A stretch of DNA of 64,000 nt from Gemmatimonas sp. (GTDB lineage: Bacteria > Gemmatimonadota > Gemmatimonadetes > Gemmatimonadales > Gemmatimonadaceae), in assembly GCA_031414535.1 (NCBI GenBank), contig JANNVQ010000043.1, forward strand, positions 9,197 to 73,196. Direction: 5' to 3'. The notes beneath the pieces were generated by a model. It ran no database searches. It was not told the DNA's origin and saw only the letters and a program-made list of their open reading frames with translations. The first letter of the stretch is position 1, and each line of letters opens with the position of its first letter. The translations under genes were made by a program, and so were the position numbers. This document shows positions 1-9,614 of this stretch, piece after piece.

Positions 1-894
1 GCCGGTGTTGGCGAAGTTGCCGAAGGACGAGATGAACCCGGGGAGCGAGCGATTGCTTGCGCCAAGCGCGAGCAAGTCTCCGCCCACGCGGTTCTGCATG
101 GGAAGCATGCGGCCGACAACCGCATCAGACCCGCCGACGCTGGAGCTCATGGCCCACGTGCGGCGTGCCGGAAACTCACGCGTCTGGATGTCCACCGTGG
201 CGCCTGAGAAGTCGCCCGGCTGATCCGGCGTGAAGGTCTTGATGGTGGTGATGGTCTGGAGCAAGCCTGTGGGGAAGAGGTCGAGCGGGACCTGCTTCTT
301 CTCGGGCTCCGGGCTCGGGATGCGAGCGCCGTTGAGCGAGGTCTGCGTGTAGCGGTCGCCAAGACCGCGCACGAACACGTACTTGCCGTCCTGCACGCTC
401 ACGCCAGAGACACGGCCCACGGCCTGCGCGGCGTCACCATCGGGGCTCTTGGCAATCTGCTCAGCCGTGATGGAGCTAACGACGTTGACGCTGTTCTTCT
501 GAGCGTCGAGTGCCTCGTTCACCGAGCCGCGCTCGACGGAGGCGGTCACGACCTGCGCGGCAATCTGCAGCGTGGCCTCGGCGAGCGTGACGTCCTGCTC
601 AACCGTCTTGCCGGCCTCGAGGAAGACACCCGTGATGGTCTTGGGTGCGTAGCCGATTCGACGAACCGTGATAGTCACGGTGCCGGCAGGAATGCCGGAG
701 ATGCTGAAGCGCCCGTCCTGTCCGGATTGGGTGCCGATGGTAGTGCCGACAACCTGGATGCCAGCGGCGGCAAGTCCAGAACCGTTGGTGGCGTCAAGCA
801 CGCGGCCAACAATTCGGCCGGTGGCCGGCGTCTGCGCGGAGAGCGCGGCAGGCAGTGAAAGCAGAACCAGCAGTGCTACTAATACGCGGCGCAT
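1..894 (-). CDS. TonB-dependent receptor, N-terminal part (runs off window edge)
   Basis: Hand translation from ATG 894: signal peptide MRRVLVALLVLLSLPAALSAQ, carboxypeptidase-like domain (GRIVGRVLD...GYAP), plug motifs (SGVSVQDGKYVFVRGLGDRY, VPLDLFP, DQPGDFSGATVDI). Open to base 1, so absent from the ORF track. Confidence 0.9.
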   Translation of the reverse strand, partial: MRRVLVALLVLLSLPAALSAQTPATGRIVGRVLDATNGSGLAAAGIQVVGTTIGTQSGQDGRFSISGIPAGTVTITVRRIGYAPKTITGVFLEAGKTVEQDVTLAEATLQIAAQVVTASVERGSVNEALDAQKNSVNVVSSITAEQIAKSPDGDAAQAVGRVSGVSVQDGKYVFVRGLGDRYTQTSLNGARIPSPEPEKKQVPLDLFPTGLLQTITTIKTFTPDQPGDFSGATVDIQTREFPARRTWAMSSSVGGSDAVVGRMLPMQNRVGGDLLALGASNRSLPGFISSFGNFANTG

Positions 895-993
895 TGGCGT
901 CCCGTGGAATGTCAGAAAGTTTGGATGCATCGCTAATGAGCTAGTGACGCACCTCAAAGCTCCTTGGACCCCGTACCGGGCTTTCCACGGACT

Positions 994-1021
994 TGCAACG
1001 AACATGTAACGGGCCGTGACA
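994..1021. promoter_or_regulatory. Possible PhoB-type (Pho box) direct repeats
   Basis: GCAAC (995), GTAAC (1006), GTGAC (1016) at 10-11 bp period, between phoR and the TonB receptor start. Confidence 0.4.
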
Positions 1022-1043
1022 CATGGGCCCGGTCCGAGCCTTC

Positions 1044-2756
1044 TCAGCCCGTGGAATGTGGAAAGAGTGCTGTGATTCTTGATCCTCGGCCCACCTCGGA
1101 AGCAGCCTTTACGCGGCCGCCGTGGGCCTCCACGAGGTGCTTCACGATGGACAGGCCGAGGCCCGTGCCACCCTCTTCGCGGGCGCGGCCTGGATCTACT
1201 CTATAGAAGCGCTCGAAGATGCGGGGCAGGTGCTCCGCAGATATCCCCACGCCAGTGTCGCGCACGCCCACGATGATTCCGCGATCCTGGAGCTCGGAAA
1301 AGAGCACAATGCTTCCGCTGGCCGTATGCCGGACGGCGTTGTCCACGAGATTGCCGAGCACCTGCCGTAGGGCGGTAGAGTCGGCGTACACGCTTGCGGC
1401 CTCGGCTGGGATTTCGGCGGCCAGTTGGAGGCCCTTTTTGTCGGCGGCGTCCCGGGCGGCGGCAAAGACGTCGGTCGCCACGCTACGGAGTTCAATGTTC
1501 TGGGGATTAGGCACCCAGCCGCCCGACTCAATGCGCGAGAGGTCGAGCAGGTCATCCACAATGCGCTGCATCCGGCGGGTATTCCCGAGAATGCGCTCGG
1601 CAAAGCCGCGTCGGGCATCCGTCGGCACGTCCTCTTCCACGAGGGTTTCCGCGAAGCCGCCAATGATCGTGAGCGGCGTCCGCAATTCGTGCGAGACGTT
1701 TGCCACGAAGTCTCGGCGCACGGCCTCGAGCCGGCGCACACGCGTGAGGTCGAACAACGCGAGCACCGCGCCGCCTCCGCTGAGAGGGCGTGCGGCGATG
1801 TTGAGCGTGCGGCCCGCGATGACGAGCTCGGCGCCTTCTGTGGTCTCGCCCGTATAGGCGTCTTGAAGGGCATCGCGCAGGGCGACGTCACGCGGCAAGT
1901 CATCGACCGGGAACGGCAGAGGTGCCCGCGTCCCGAGTAGGCGCCGCGCCGTCTCATTGATGCGCACCACCATCCGTTCTGCGTCCACCGCAATGACGCC
2001 TTCGTTCAACGACTCGGTGAGCTGAACGAGAAGTGTTTCATCCTCCTCCAAGGCTCGGAGGCGAGCCGTGAGCTGCTCTGCCAACTTCTTCAGTGCCACC
2101 GCCAGCTCGCCTACTTCGCCCGGAGCCTTTAGCGTGGGGCGCCGTGCCAAATCTCCGTCGGCGAGGGCCTGCGCCACATCGCGCAATTCCTCGACGGGGC
2201 GCGAGACGGAGCGAGAGAACAGAAAGGCGATGGCAAGCGCCGCCGCGAGTGCGAGTAGCGAGGCGCCGAAGATATCTTCGCGAGCTTCCGACGTCACCTG
2301 ATCGATGCTTGCCGTGGGAAGTGACACGCGCGCAACGCCCAGAGGCTCCACGCGCACCGCGACGTAGAGCTCTTGGTCGCCGGTGGAAGGAGAGGGCCGC
2401 CGAGAATTACCTACGCCTCCCGCGATCGCGTCCGCCACTTCTGGGCGCGAAAGGTGGTTCTGCAGCGCCTGAAGCGCGCCGTCATCAAACTCCGAGTCTC
2501 CAACGACGACGCCTTCGCTGTTGACGAAGGTGACACGACGCCCGAGGGCCTCACCAATGGCGTCGGATACCGAATCGGGATTAGTGCTGTGCGAGCGCCA
2601 GAGAACCCCGGCGAGTTTCGCTTCGCGCTCCAGAAAGACGGCGGCATCGTCGCGCAGGCGCGCCGCCAGTTGCCGGTCCACGATGGTGATGATGAGGACG
2701 GCGAGAAACCCGACGACGATGAAGGCGCCGAGAAGAAGGCGCTGCGTGAGCCTCAA
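1044..2756 (-). CDS. phoR: PhoR-like sensor histidine kinase (2 TM, HAMP, PAS, HisKA, HATPase)
   Basis: DFVANVSHELRTPL H-box, FERFYRVD, GGTGLGLSIVKH; coupled to a PhoB-like regulator. Confidence 0.8.
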   Translation of the reverse strand: MRLTQRLLLGAFIVVGFLAVLIITIVDRQLAARLRDDAAVFLEREAKLAGVLWRSHSTNPDSVSDAIGEALGRRVTFVNSEGVVVGDSEFDDGALQALQNHLSRPEVADAIAGGVGNSRRPSPSTGDQELYVAVRVEPLGVARVSLPTASIDQVTSEAREDIFGASLLALAAALAIAFLFSRSVSRPVEELRDVAQALADGDLARRPTLKAPGEVGELAVALKKLAEQLTARLRALEEDETLLVQLTESLNEGVIAVDAERMVVRINETARRLLGTRAPLPFPVDDLPRDVALRDALQDAYTGETTEGAELVIAGRTLNIAARPLSGGGAVLALFDLTRVRRLEAVRRDFVANVSHELRTPLTIIGGFAETLVEEDVPTDARRGFAERILGNTRRMQRIVDDLLDLSRIESGGWVPNPQNIELRSVATDVFAAARDAADKKGLQLAAEIPAEAASVYADSTALRQVLGNLVDNAVRHTASGSIVLFSELQDRGIIVGVRDTGVGISAEHLPRIFERFYRVDPGRAREEGGTGLGLSIVKHLVEAHGGRVKAASEVGRGSRITALFPHSTG

Positions 2757-3463
2757 CTTTCCTTGCCGCTCTTGATGCGATACCCGAAACCGCGCACCGT
2801 CTCGATCAAGTCGCCGGCTGGGTGCAGTTTGGTGCGCAGGCGCTGGATGTGCATGTCCACGGTTCGCGTTTGGATGTCCGGCGCAGCGTCCCAGACAGTT
2901 TCCAACAAGTGCGAGCGCGCCTGCACACGTCCGCGCCGCTCGGCGAGCGTAAGCAAGAGCTTGTACTCCGTGGGCGTGAGTTCCACCTCGCTTTCATTCA
3001 CCAGCACGCGGTGCGCGGAGCGGTCCACGCGGATTGGGCCAATCTGCAACAAGTCCGCGGGCTCGGCGCTGCCGGCCAAGCGGCGCAGAATTGCTCCCAC
3101 GCGCAGCACCATCTCCTGCGGCGAGAATGGCTTGGTGAGATAGTCGTCGGCGCCGAGTTCGAGGCCGCGAATGCGGTCGGGCTCTTCCTTTCGCGCGGTC
3201 AGCATGAGCACCGCGACCGAGGCCGTGTTGGCGTCATCGCGGAGCTTCGCGAGCACATCGAAGCCGGACATGCCGGGCAACATCAAGTCGAGCACAATGA
3301 GCGAGGGTCGGTCGCGGCGCGCCATGGCGAGGGCGTCAGGTCCGGTGCTTGCCGAGGAGACTTTGTATCCCGCCTTTGCGAGGTGATAGACGACCAGCGC
3401 AACAATGTCCGGTTCGTCGTCTACCACGAGGATGCGTTCGCCGGCGGCAGCGGTTACGGTCAC
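2753..3463 (-). CDS. phoB: PhoB/OmpR-family response regulator
   Basis: VDDE, LDLMLPG, GADDYLTKPFSP, TRTVDMHIQRLRTKL, ETVRGFGY. Confidence 0.8.
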   Translation of the reverse strand: MTVTAAAGERILVVDDEPDIVALVVYHLAKAGYKVSSASTGPDALAMARRDRPSLIVLDLMLPGMSGFDVLAKLRDDANTASVAVLMLTARKEEPDRIRGLELGADDYLTKPFSPQEMVLRVGAILRRLAGSAEPADLLQIGPIRVDRSAHRVLVNESEVELTPTEYKLLLTLAERRGRVQARSHLLETVWDAAPDIQTRTVDMHIQRLRTKLHPAGDLIETVRGFGYRIKSGKES

Positions 3464-4086
3464 GCGTGTACTCCGGAGAGGCGACGGTTGATGGTCGCGG
3501 TCAGGAGGTCAATGGCCACCAGATTCTCCCCGCCCCGGGGAATGATGAGGTCGGCGTAACGTTTGCTTGGTTCGACGAACTGTAAATGCATCGGTTGGAC
3601 AGTCGTGAGGTACTGATCGAGGATTTCCTCGAGGGGACGACCGCGTTTCGCCATGTCGCGCCGGATGCGGCGCACCAGGCGAATGTCCGCGTCGGTGTCT
3701 ACAAAAACTTTGATGTCGAGCCTCGCTCGGATACGCTCCTCGACGAGCAGCAGGATGCCATCCACGACGATGACGTCGGCAGGTTCCACCCGCTGCGTCT
3801 CGGGCGCCCGCCTGTGTCGGACAAAATCGTACACCGGCTTCTCGATGCCATACCCGTTCCCAAGTTGAGCCAACTGCTCGGCGAGATGGTCGAGGTCGAA
3901 AGCATCCGGATGATCCCAATTGAGCAGGCGCAGTTCATCGTGCGCCATCTCGTGATGATCGCGGTAGTACGCGTCCATATCCAGAAACGCGACCTTGGCG
4001 CCGTCAATGTTCTCGGCGACGCGCTTGGCCACGGTGGTCTTGCCGGATCCAGAGCCTCCGGCAACGCCAATGATTAGCGGTCGCAT
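3460..4086 (-). CDS. udk: Uridine kinase
   Basis: Start re-called at ATG 4086 (MRPLIIGVAGGSGSGKTT); NWDHPDAFD, RRIRRD, VQPMHLQFVEPSKRYAD. Confidence 0.93.
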   Translation of the reverse strand: MRPLIIGVAGGSGSGKTTVAKRVAENIDGAKVAFLDMDAYYRDHHEMAHDELRLLNWDHPDAFDLDHLAEQLAQLGNGYGIEKPVYDFVRHRRAPETQRVEPADVIVVDGILLLVEERIRARLDIKVFVDTDADIRLVRRIRRDMAKRGRPLEEILDQYLTTVQPMHLQFVEPSKRYADLIIPRGGENLVAIDLLTATINRRLSGVHA

Positions 4087-4259
4087 GGCTTCGTTGGGCC
4101 GGTGTGGTTCACACGGGGAATCTGACCGAGGCAGGCGGAGGGGAGTAGCGGAATGGCTGTCACAGTCCTGTACCGGGGGTGGGATACCGTGAAAGTTCCC
4201 ACACCCACTGCGCGCGCGGAAGGCCTCCAAGGGGGGCTGGGACAAGGCTATTTTTGAGG

Positions 4260-7200
4260 ATGCGTCACTCATTGGGATTCGACCGCCGTACGCTCGCGGC
4301 GCTGCTTCTCGCCTCGCCCCTCTTTTTCGGCCAATTGGCCGCTCAGGAGCGGGTGACGTTGAAGGTGGCTGCGACGACGGACGTGCATGGGCGGCTCCGG
4401 GGCTGGGATTACGGGAGCGGCCGAGTGGATTCTACTCGCGGACTCACACGGGCTGCGTCCATCATCGATTCGCTGCGTCGCTCGGCCCGAAACCGCGTCA
4501 TTCTCGTTGACGCCGGCGATCTGTTGCAGGGCAACGCGATGACCTTTGTGGCGGGCCGCGTGGACTCGATGGCGCCCCATCCCGTGATTACTGCGATGAA
4601 CCTGATGCGCTACGACGCGGCCGCGGTAGGTAATCACGAGTTCAATTACGGGCTGGGTCTGTTTGACCGAGCCGTAGCACAGGCCCGCTTTCCCTTCCTG
4701 GCCGCCAACACTCGGCGGCTCGATGGAGGACGCCAGTATCCTGGTCGCACCATGGTGACGCGCGCCGGAGTGAAGGTGGCCATCATCGGCGCGACGACGC
4801 CGGGCTCCATGGTGTGGGACCGCGACAATCTCCGCGGCCGACTGGCCGTGGACGACATCGTCGCGGCCTTGCCGGCCCAAGTGCGAGCCGCGCGGGCCGA
4901 GGGCGCTGATGTGGTGATTGTGGTGGCGCATGCAGGGTTGAACGAACTCACATCCTACGACACCTCGGCGACCGGCCTCGCGAGCGAGAATCCGATGGAG
5001 CGGGTGGCCAAGGAAGTCCCTGGGATTGATGCCATTGTGATTGGCCATTCGCACCGCGAGATGACCGACACCACGGTGAATGGCGTGCTGCTGGTGCAGC
5101 CGAAGAACTGGGCCACCAGCGTGGCTGTCGCGACGCTGGAGTTGGAGCGACGCAATGGTCGCTGGACGCTCGTAAGCAAGCGTGGCGAGACGGTGCAAGC
5201 CGCGGGCTGGCCGGAGCAGCGGGCAGTGGTCCGGGCGGTGGAGCGCGCGCACCAAGGCGCCATGCGGTACGCGACCAGTGCAGTGGGTCGCACGAGCCTC
5301 GCTTGGACCAGCGACTCCTCGCGGATGGTGGATCGCCCGCTCACGGACTTGATCCAAGCCGTGCAGCGCAAGGAATCCGGCGCCGAGTTGAGCATTGCAT
5401 CGGTGTTCTCCACCACCGCGCGATTCGAGGCCGGGACGATCACCGTTGAGCGCTTGGTGGACCTCTACCCGTACGAGAATACGCTGCGCGCGCTGCGCTT
5501 GAGCGGGAAGCAGATTCGGGCCTTTCTTGAGTACACGCAACGCTACTGGGTGGTGGAGCGCGGCCCCGATGCGCAACTGCGCGTGCGCAACGATCCCGCC
5601 ATCCCCGGCTACAACTACGACGTGCTGGCGGGCCTCGACTACACCGTGGACCTCGGTCGTCCGATGGGCCAGCGTATCACGCGTCTCGAGCGGAATGGTC
5701 GCCCCGTTGCCGACACCGACAGCTTCACGGTGGCGTTGAATTCGTATCGGGCATCCGGTGGCGGAGGCTACGATATGCTGCGTGGCGCACCGGTGGTGTA
5801 CGAGGGCGGACGCGAAATCCGCGAGCTTATCATCGAGGAGATCAAGCGTCGCGGCAGCATCGAGCCGTCCGATGTGTTCGTGAAAAACTGGGAGATGCTG
5901 CCCCCGCGAAACTTGATTCGCATCATCGCGATGAACGACATGCATGGCGCGTTCCGTCCGCGGCCGGATGGCGGGCAGGGCAATCGTGGCGGCTTCGCCG
6001 AAATCGCGAGTATGGTGCGTGTGGCACGGCAGGAGTGCCAGCCGATGTGTGTATCGCAGCTTCTGCTGAGCGGTGGCGATCTGTTCACCGGGACACCGGC
6101 CGCCGATCTGACCACAGGCGCGGCGGTGGTGCCCGTGCTGAATGCCATGATGTTTGCGGCACACGCGCTCGGGAATCACGAGTTCGACTACGGCCAAGAC
6201 ACGCTGCGTGCGCGTATGAAGCAGCTCACCGCCCCGGTGCTCGGCGCAAATGTCACCTACGCCGACGGGCGCGATGTAGAGTGGATTCCAAACGATACGG
6301 TCCTGCGCACGGGGGCAGGACTCGTTGGCATCATCGGCATCGCCGATCCGGCGACCCCACGCACGACGATGCCGCGTCACGTGGCCGACCTTCGCTTTGT
6401 GGATCCGGCACCGGTGATTCGCGAGCGCGCGGCTTCACTGCGGGCCCGCGGCGCCACGACGGTGATTGTAGTGGCGCACTTGGGCGGCTTCTGCAACATT
6501 GATAATCCGGACGACTGCCGCGGTGAGATCTTCGACCTCGCGCGCGAGCTTGGCCCGGGCGTCGTCGGCGCCATCGTCAGCGGGCACACGCATTCGGCGG
6601 TCAACACTATCGTCGCGGGCATCCCGATCGTGCAGGGTCGTTCGTCCACGCGCGCGCTTGGCGTGATTGACATTGATCCGCTGGAGCGCTCGCAGACGCG
6701 GCGTCCGGAAGTGCGCCCCGTGGTCTCAGACGTCACGCCGCGCGACTCGACGGTGGAGCGGCTTGTGGCTGCCGCGGTGGCCTTCGTGGCGCCGCGCGTC
6801 AGTGAGGTGATCACCACCAACGAGTCACGACTCGCGCGTCAGGGCGATCAGCACGCGTTGGGCAATCTCATCGCCGACGCACAGCGCGCTGCGGGCAAGG
6901 GCGACGTCGGCGTGATGAACAACGGCGGCATTCGGGCCGAACTGCGCGCAGGCTCAGTTACCTACGGAGATTTGCACGAGATTGCGCCGTTTGCGAATCG
7001 CCTCGTGGCCGTTACGGTCAGAGGCGATGCCTTACGGCGATACTTCGAGCAGTTGGTCGGTGGTAATCGGCTAAACGTGCACCTGAGTGGTGTCACGCTG
7101 GAGTACGATCCAGCGGCGCCCACGGGCTCGCGTTTGCGCCGTATCACAATGTCCGATGGCCGTCCACTCGCGGACCGCCAAACTTACAAAGTCATCATGT

Positions 7201-7373
7201 CCGACTTCATTGCCAGCGGTGGTGATGGGGTGGGACTCAGCGGGAGTAGGCCTCCCGAGGAGCTAGGAGTGGTAGATCTCGACGCGCTCATCGCGCATCT
7301 GCGCGCTGTTCCCGGCGGTCGTCTCGTCATGTCCAATGCGCTCAGCGCGGTACGCATTCGGAGCACGCGATGA
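4260..7373 (+). CDS. Secreted tandem nucleotide phosphoesterase (CpdB-like 2',3'-cyclic phosphodiesterase + UshA-like 5'-nucleotidase)
   Basis: Signal peptide; two full metallophosphoesterase motif sets (TTDVHG/DAGD/GNHEFNYG/GHSH and MNDMHG/GGD/GNHEFDYG/SGHTH), each followed by a 5'-nucleotidase C-terminal domain. Confidence 0.9.
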   Translation: MRHSLGFDRRTLAALLLASPLFFGQLAAQERVTLKVAATTDVHGRLRGWDYGSGRVDSTRGLTRAASIIDSLRRSARNRVILVDAGDLLQGNAMTFVAGRVDSMAPHPVITAMNLMRYDAAAVGNHEFNYGLGLFDRAVAQARFPFLAANTRRLDGGRQYPGRTMVTRAGVKVAIIGATTPGSMVWDRDNLRGRLAVDDIVAALPAQVRAARAEGADVVIVVAHAGLNELTSYDTSATGLASENPMERVAKEVPGIDAIVIGHSHREMTDTTVNGVLLVQPKNWATSVAVATLELERRNGRWTLVSKRGETVQAAGWPEQRAVVRAVERAHQGAMRYATSAVGRTSLAWTSDSSRMVDRPLTDLIQAVQRKESGAELSIASVFSTTARFEAGTITVERLVDLYPYENTLRALRLSGKQIRAFLEYTQRYWVVERGPDAQLRVRNDPAIPGYNYDVLAGLDYTVDLGRPMGQRITRLERNGRPVADTDSFTVALNSYRASGGGGYDMLRGAPVVYEGGREIRELIIEEIKRRGSIEPSDVFVKNWEMLPPRNLIRIIAMNDMHGAFRPRPDGGQGNRGGFAEIASMVRVARQECQPMCVSQLLLSGGDLFTGTPAADLTTGAAVVPVLNAMMFAAHALGNHEFDYGQDTLRARMKQLTAPVLGANVTYADGRDVEWIPNDTVLRTGAGLVGIIGIADPATPRTTMPRHVADLRFVDPAPVIRERAASLRARGATTVIVVAHLGGFCNIDNPDDCRGEIFDLARELGPGVVGAIVSGHTHSAVNTIVAGIPIVQGRSSTRALGVIDIDPLERSQTRRPEVRPVVSDVTPRDSTVERLVAAAVAFVAPRVSEVITTNESRLARQGDQHALGNLIADAQRAAGKGDVGVMNNGGIRAELRAGSVTYGDLHEIAPFANRLVAVTVRGDALRRYFEQLVGGNRLNVHLSGVTLEYDPAAPTGSRLRRITMSDGRPLADRQTYKVIMSDFIASGGDGVGLSGSRPPEELGVVDLDALIAHLRAVPGGRLVMSNALSAVRIRSTR

Positions 7374-7606
7374 GCGAGCCGCTTCGAGTATTCGTGAACG
7401 GAAAGGGTATCGCCGTCCCGCAGGGAAGCACCGTGCTTGACGCCATCGCGGCGGCGGATGCTTCCGCCGCTGATGAAGTACGCAATGGCACCCGCGGGGT
7501 GGTGGACAGCCGCGGTGTTGGCGTTGCCAGCGACACGCCGCTCACGGGCGGATACGTGATGCGCATCGTGAGTGCGCGCGCGGCCCGCGAGGGTGAGGAC
7601 GCGTGA
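7370..7606 (+). CDS. Small beta-grasp (ThiS/MoaD-like) protein without C-terminal GG
   Basis: 78 aa, VFVNGKGIAVPQGSTVLDAI; 4-bp overlaps with both neighbours. Confidence 0.6.
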   Translation: MSEPLRVFVNGKGIAVPQGSTVLDAIAAADASAADEVRNGTRGVVDSRGVGVASDTPLTGGYVMRIVSARAAREGEDA

Positions 7607-8646
7607 CCCTCCTAACGAGCGCACTGCTCACCAAGCTCCCTAAAGCCGAGTTGCATTGCCATCTGGATGGATCGGTACGTCCGGAGACGATGCTCGCATT
7701 GGCACGGGACCAGCGTGTGGTGATGCCGGAAGATGACGCAGAGGCCCTCCGCGACTACATGCGTGTGGATGATGCACGAAATCTCGAAGACTATCTCGCG
7801 CGTTTCGGTCACACGCTGAGCGTGATGCAGACGGAAGAGGCGATGGAGCGCATCGCCTACGAACTCGCTGAAGACTGCGCGAAGGAAGGCGTGCGCTACT
7901 TGGAGACGCGCTATGCGCCCGTGTTGAATGTCGAAGGGGGACTCACGCTCGCGCAGGCAGTGGAAGCGCCGCTGCGTGGGCTCGCTCGAGCCGAACGTGA
8001 GTACGGCATCACCGCGCGCGTGATTGTCTGCGGCATCCGGAACATGTCGCCGGAGGTTTCGCTACAACTCGCGCGTCTCGCGGTGGACTTTAAGGGTCGC
8101 GGAGTCGTGGGCTTCGACCTTGCGGGCGGCGAGGCGGGCAACCCCGCATCGCGACACAAGGCGGCCTTCGATCACGCCTTCGCAAACGGATTGCCGTGCA
8201 CTTGCCACGCTGGCGAGGGCGATGGGGCATCGTCCGTCGCCGATGCAATCCACAATTGCCACGCCCATCGGATTGGCCACGGCACGCGGCTTATCGAAGA
8301 CGCCGCACTGATGGCCGAGGCCAAGGAGAAGGGCATCGCCATCGAGTGTTGCTTGACCAGCAATGTGCAGACGCATGCAGTGGCGTCACTGGAGTTGCAC
8401 CCGCTACGCAAGTATGTGGAGGCGGGCCTCAAGGTCTCGCTGAACACGGACAATCGCTTGATGAGTGGCACCGATCTCGTCACCGAGTACGGGCTGGCCG
8501 CCAAACATTTGGATTTTACCTTCGACGAACTCTGCCGCCTCGCGCGGGGCGGGTTTGAGAACGCGTTTCTCCCTGAGGTCGAGCGCGCCGCGTTGCTGGT
8601 GAGTGTAGACGCCGAGATTGACTCCCTGCGTAGGAGCGTACAGTGA
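7603..8646 (+). CDS. add: Adenosine deaminase
   Basis: KAELHCHLDGS, DLAGGE, HAGE, RIGHG, SLNTDN. Confidence 0.93.
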   Translation: MTLLTSALLTKLPKAELHCHLDGSVRPETMLALARDQRVVMPEDDAEALRDYMRVDDARNLEDYLARFGHTLSVMQTEEAMERIAYELAEDCAKEGVRYLETRYAPVLNVEGGLTLAQAVEAPLRGLARAEREYGITARVIVCGIRNMSPEVSLQLARLAVDFKGRGVVGFDLAGGEAGNPASRHKAAFDHAFANGLPCTCHAGEGDGASSVADAIHNCHAHRIGHGTRLIEDAALMAEAKEKGIAIECCLTSNVQTHAVASLELHPLRKYVEAGLKVSLNTDNRLMSGTDLVTEYGLAAKHLDFTFDELCRLARGGFENAFLPEVERAALLVSVDAEIDSLRRSVQ

Positions 8647-9479
8647 GCAGCAACCTAGAAGGTCACGGTGCCATGGCCGCGAAGGCCGCCGCCGATTCAG
8701 TGCGCACTCGGCTCGGCGTGAAGTCGCCCGTGGCGGCCATCGTCCTGGGTTCTGGACTTGGCGGCCTTGCAGATCGCGTGAAGGACGCGAAGCGCGTTCC
8801 CTACGGCGAGATTCCCGGCTTTCACGCGCCGGGAGTGGAAGGGCATCGCGGCGAGCTCATCTGTGGAACGCTGGCTGGCCGCGAAGTGCTGTTGCTGGCG
8901 GGGCGTTTTCATATGTATGAAGGCCACAGCGCGCAGGTAGCAGCCTTCCCCGTGCGCGTGGTGCAGGCACTTGGAGCGCGCGTGCTGTTCGTGTCCAATG
9001 CAGCGGGAGGCATTAACCGAGCCTTCCCGCCGGGCACGCTGATGATCATTCGCGATCACATCAATTTTCAGTTCCGGAATCCGCTTGAGGGAAAGTTGCA
9101 ACCCGGAGACATCCGATTCCCGGATATGAGCGCGCCCTATTCACCGCGTTTGCAGGACTTGCTGGAATCCGCTGCTCAGGAAGGCGGATTGCGCTTGCCG
9201 CGCGGCGTTTACGCCGGCCTTCTTGGCCCCACATACGAGACGCCAGCAGAAGTCCGCATGCTCGCCACGCTCGGAGCGGATGCCGTTGGCATGAGCACGG
9301 TGCCCGAGACCATCGCTGCGCGCGCGATGGGCATGGAAGTCGCCGGCGTCTCGTGCATCACCAACCCAGCCGCCGGCATCAGCGACGCGCCGCTCAATCA
9401 CGCCGAGGTTATGGAAGAGGGGCTTAAGGCTGGGGATGCGTTCTGTGGACTCGTGGAGCGCTGGGTGGGGAAGCTTTAA
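8643..9479 (+). CDS. punA: Purine-nucleoside phosphorylase (trimeric PunA type)
   Basis: IVLGSGLGG, GRFHMYEG, NAAGG, GPTYETPAE, DAVGMSTVPE. Confidence 0.93.
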   Translation: MSSNLEGHGAMAAKAAADSVRTRLGVKSPVAAIVLGSGLGGLADRVKDAKRVPYGEIPGFHAPGVEGHRGELICGTLAGREVLLLAGRFHMYEGHSAQVAAFPVRVVQALGARVLFVSNAAGGINRAFPPGTLMIIRDHINFQFRNPLEGKLQPGDIRFPDMSAPYSPRLQDLLESAAQEGGLRLPRGVYAGLLGPTYETPAEVRMLATLGADAVGMSTVPETIAARAMGMEVAGVSCITNPAAGISDAPLNHAEVMEEGLKAGDAFCGLVERWVGKL

Positions 9480-9487
9480 CGGCTGTG

Positions 9488-9607
9488 CACCACGAGGGCA
9501 CGAAGGGAGCCGAGGCGATTTGACGGCCCCGCAATCCCAAGAAGCATTGCTTCTTTCAGGGGTGCGGGGCCGTGAGTTTGCAGGGAACCCTTCGTGCCTT
9601 CGTGGTG
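9488..9607. repeat. 120-bp palindromic intergenic element (MITE/REP-like) between convergent genes
   Basis: Terminal inverted repeats 9488-9507 and 9588-9607 match 19/20; nested stems CGGCCCCGCA/TGCGGGGCCG and AAGAAGCA/TGCTTCTT. Confidence 0.75.
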
Positions 9608-9614
9608 AAAGCAG

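Noticed and set aside
4269..6380. 703-aa minus-strand ORF and similar long antisense ORFs (e.g. 20597-21784, 48753-50390, 56502-57893, 59762-61024, 62494-63876)
   Set aside because: Each mirrors a well-supported plus-strand gene, has no motifs, and is expected in high-GC DNA
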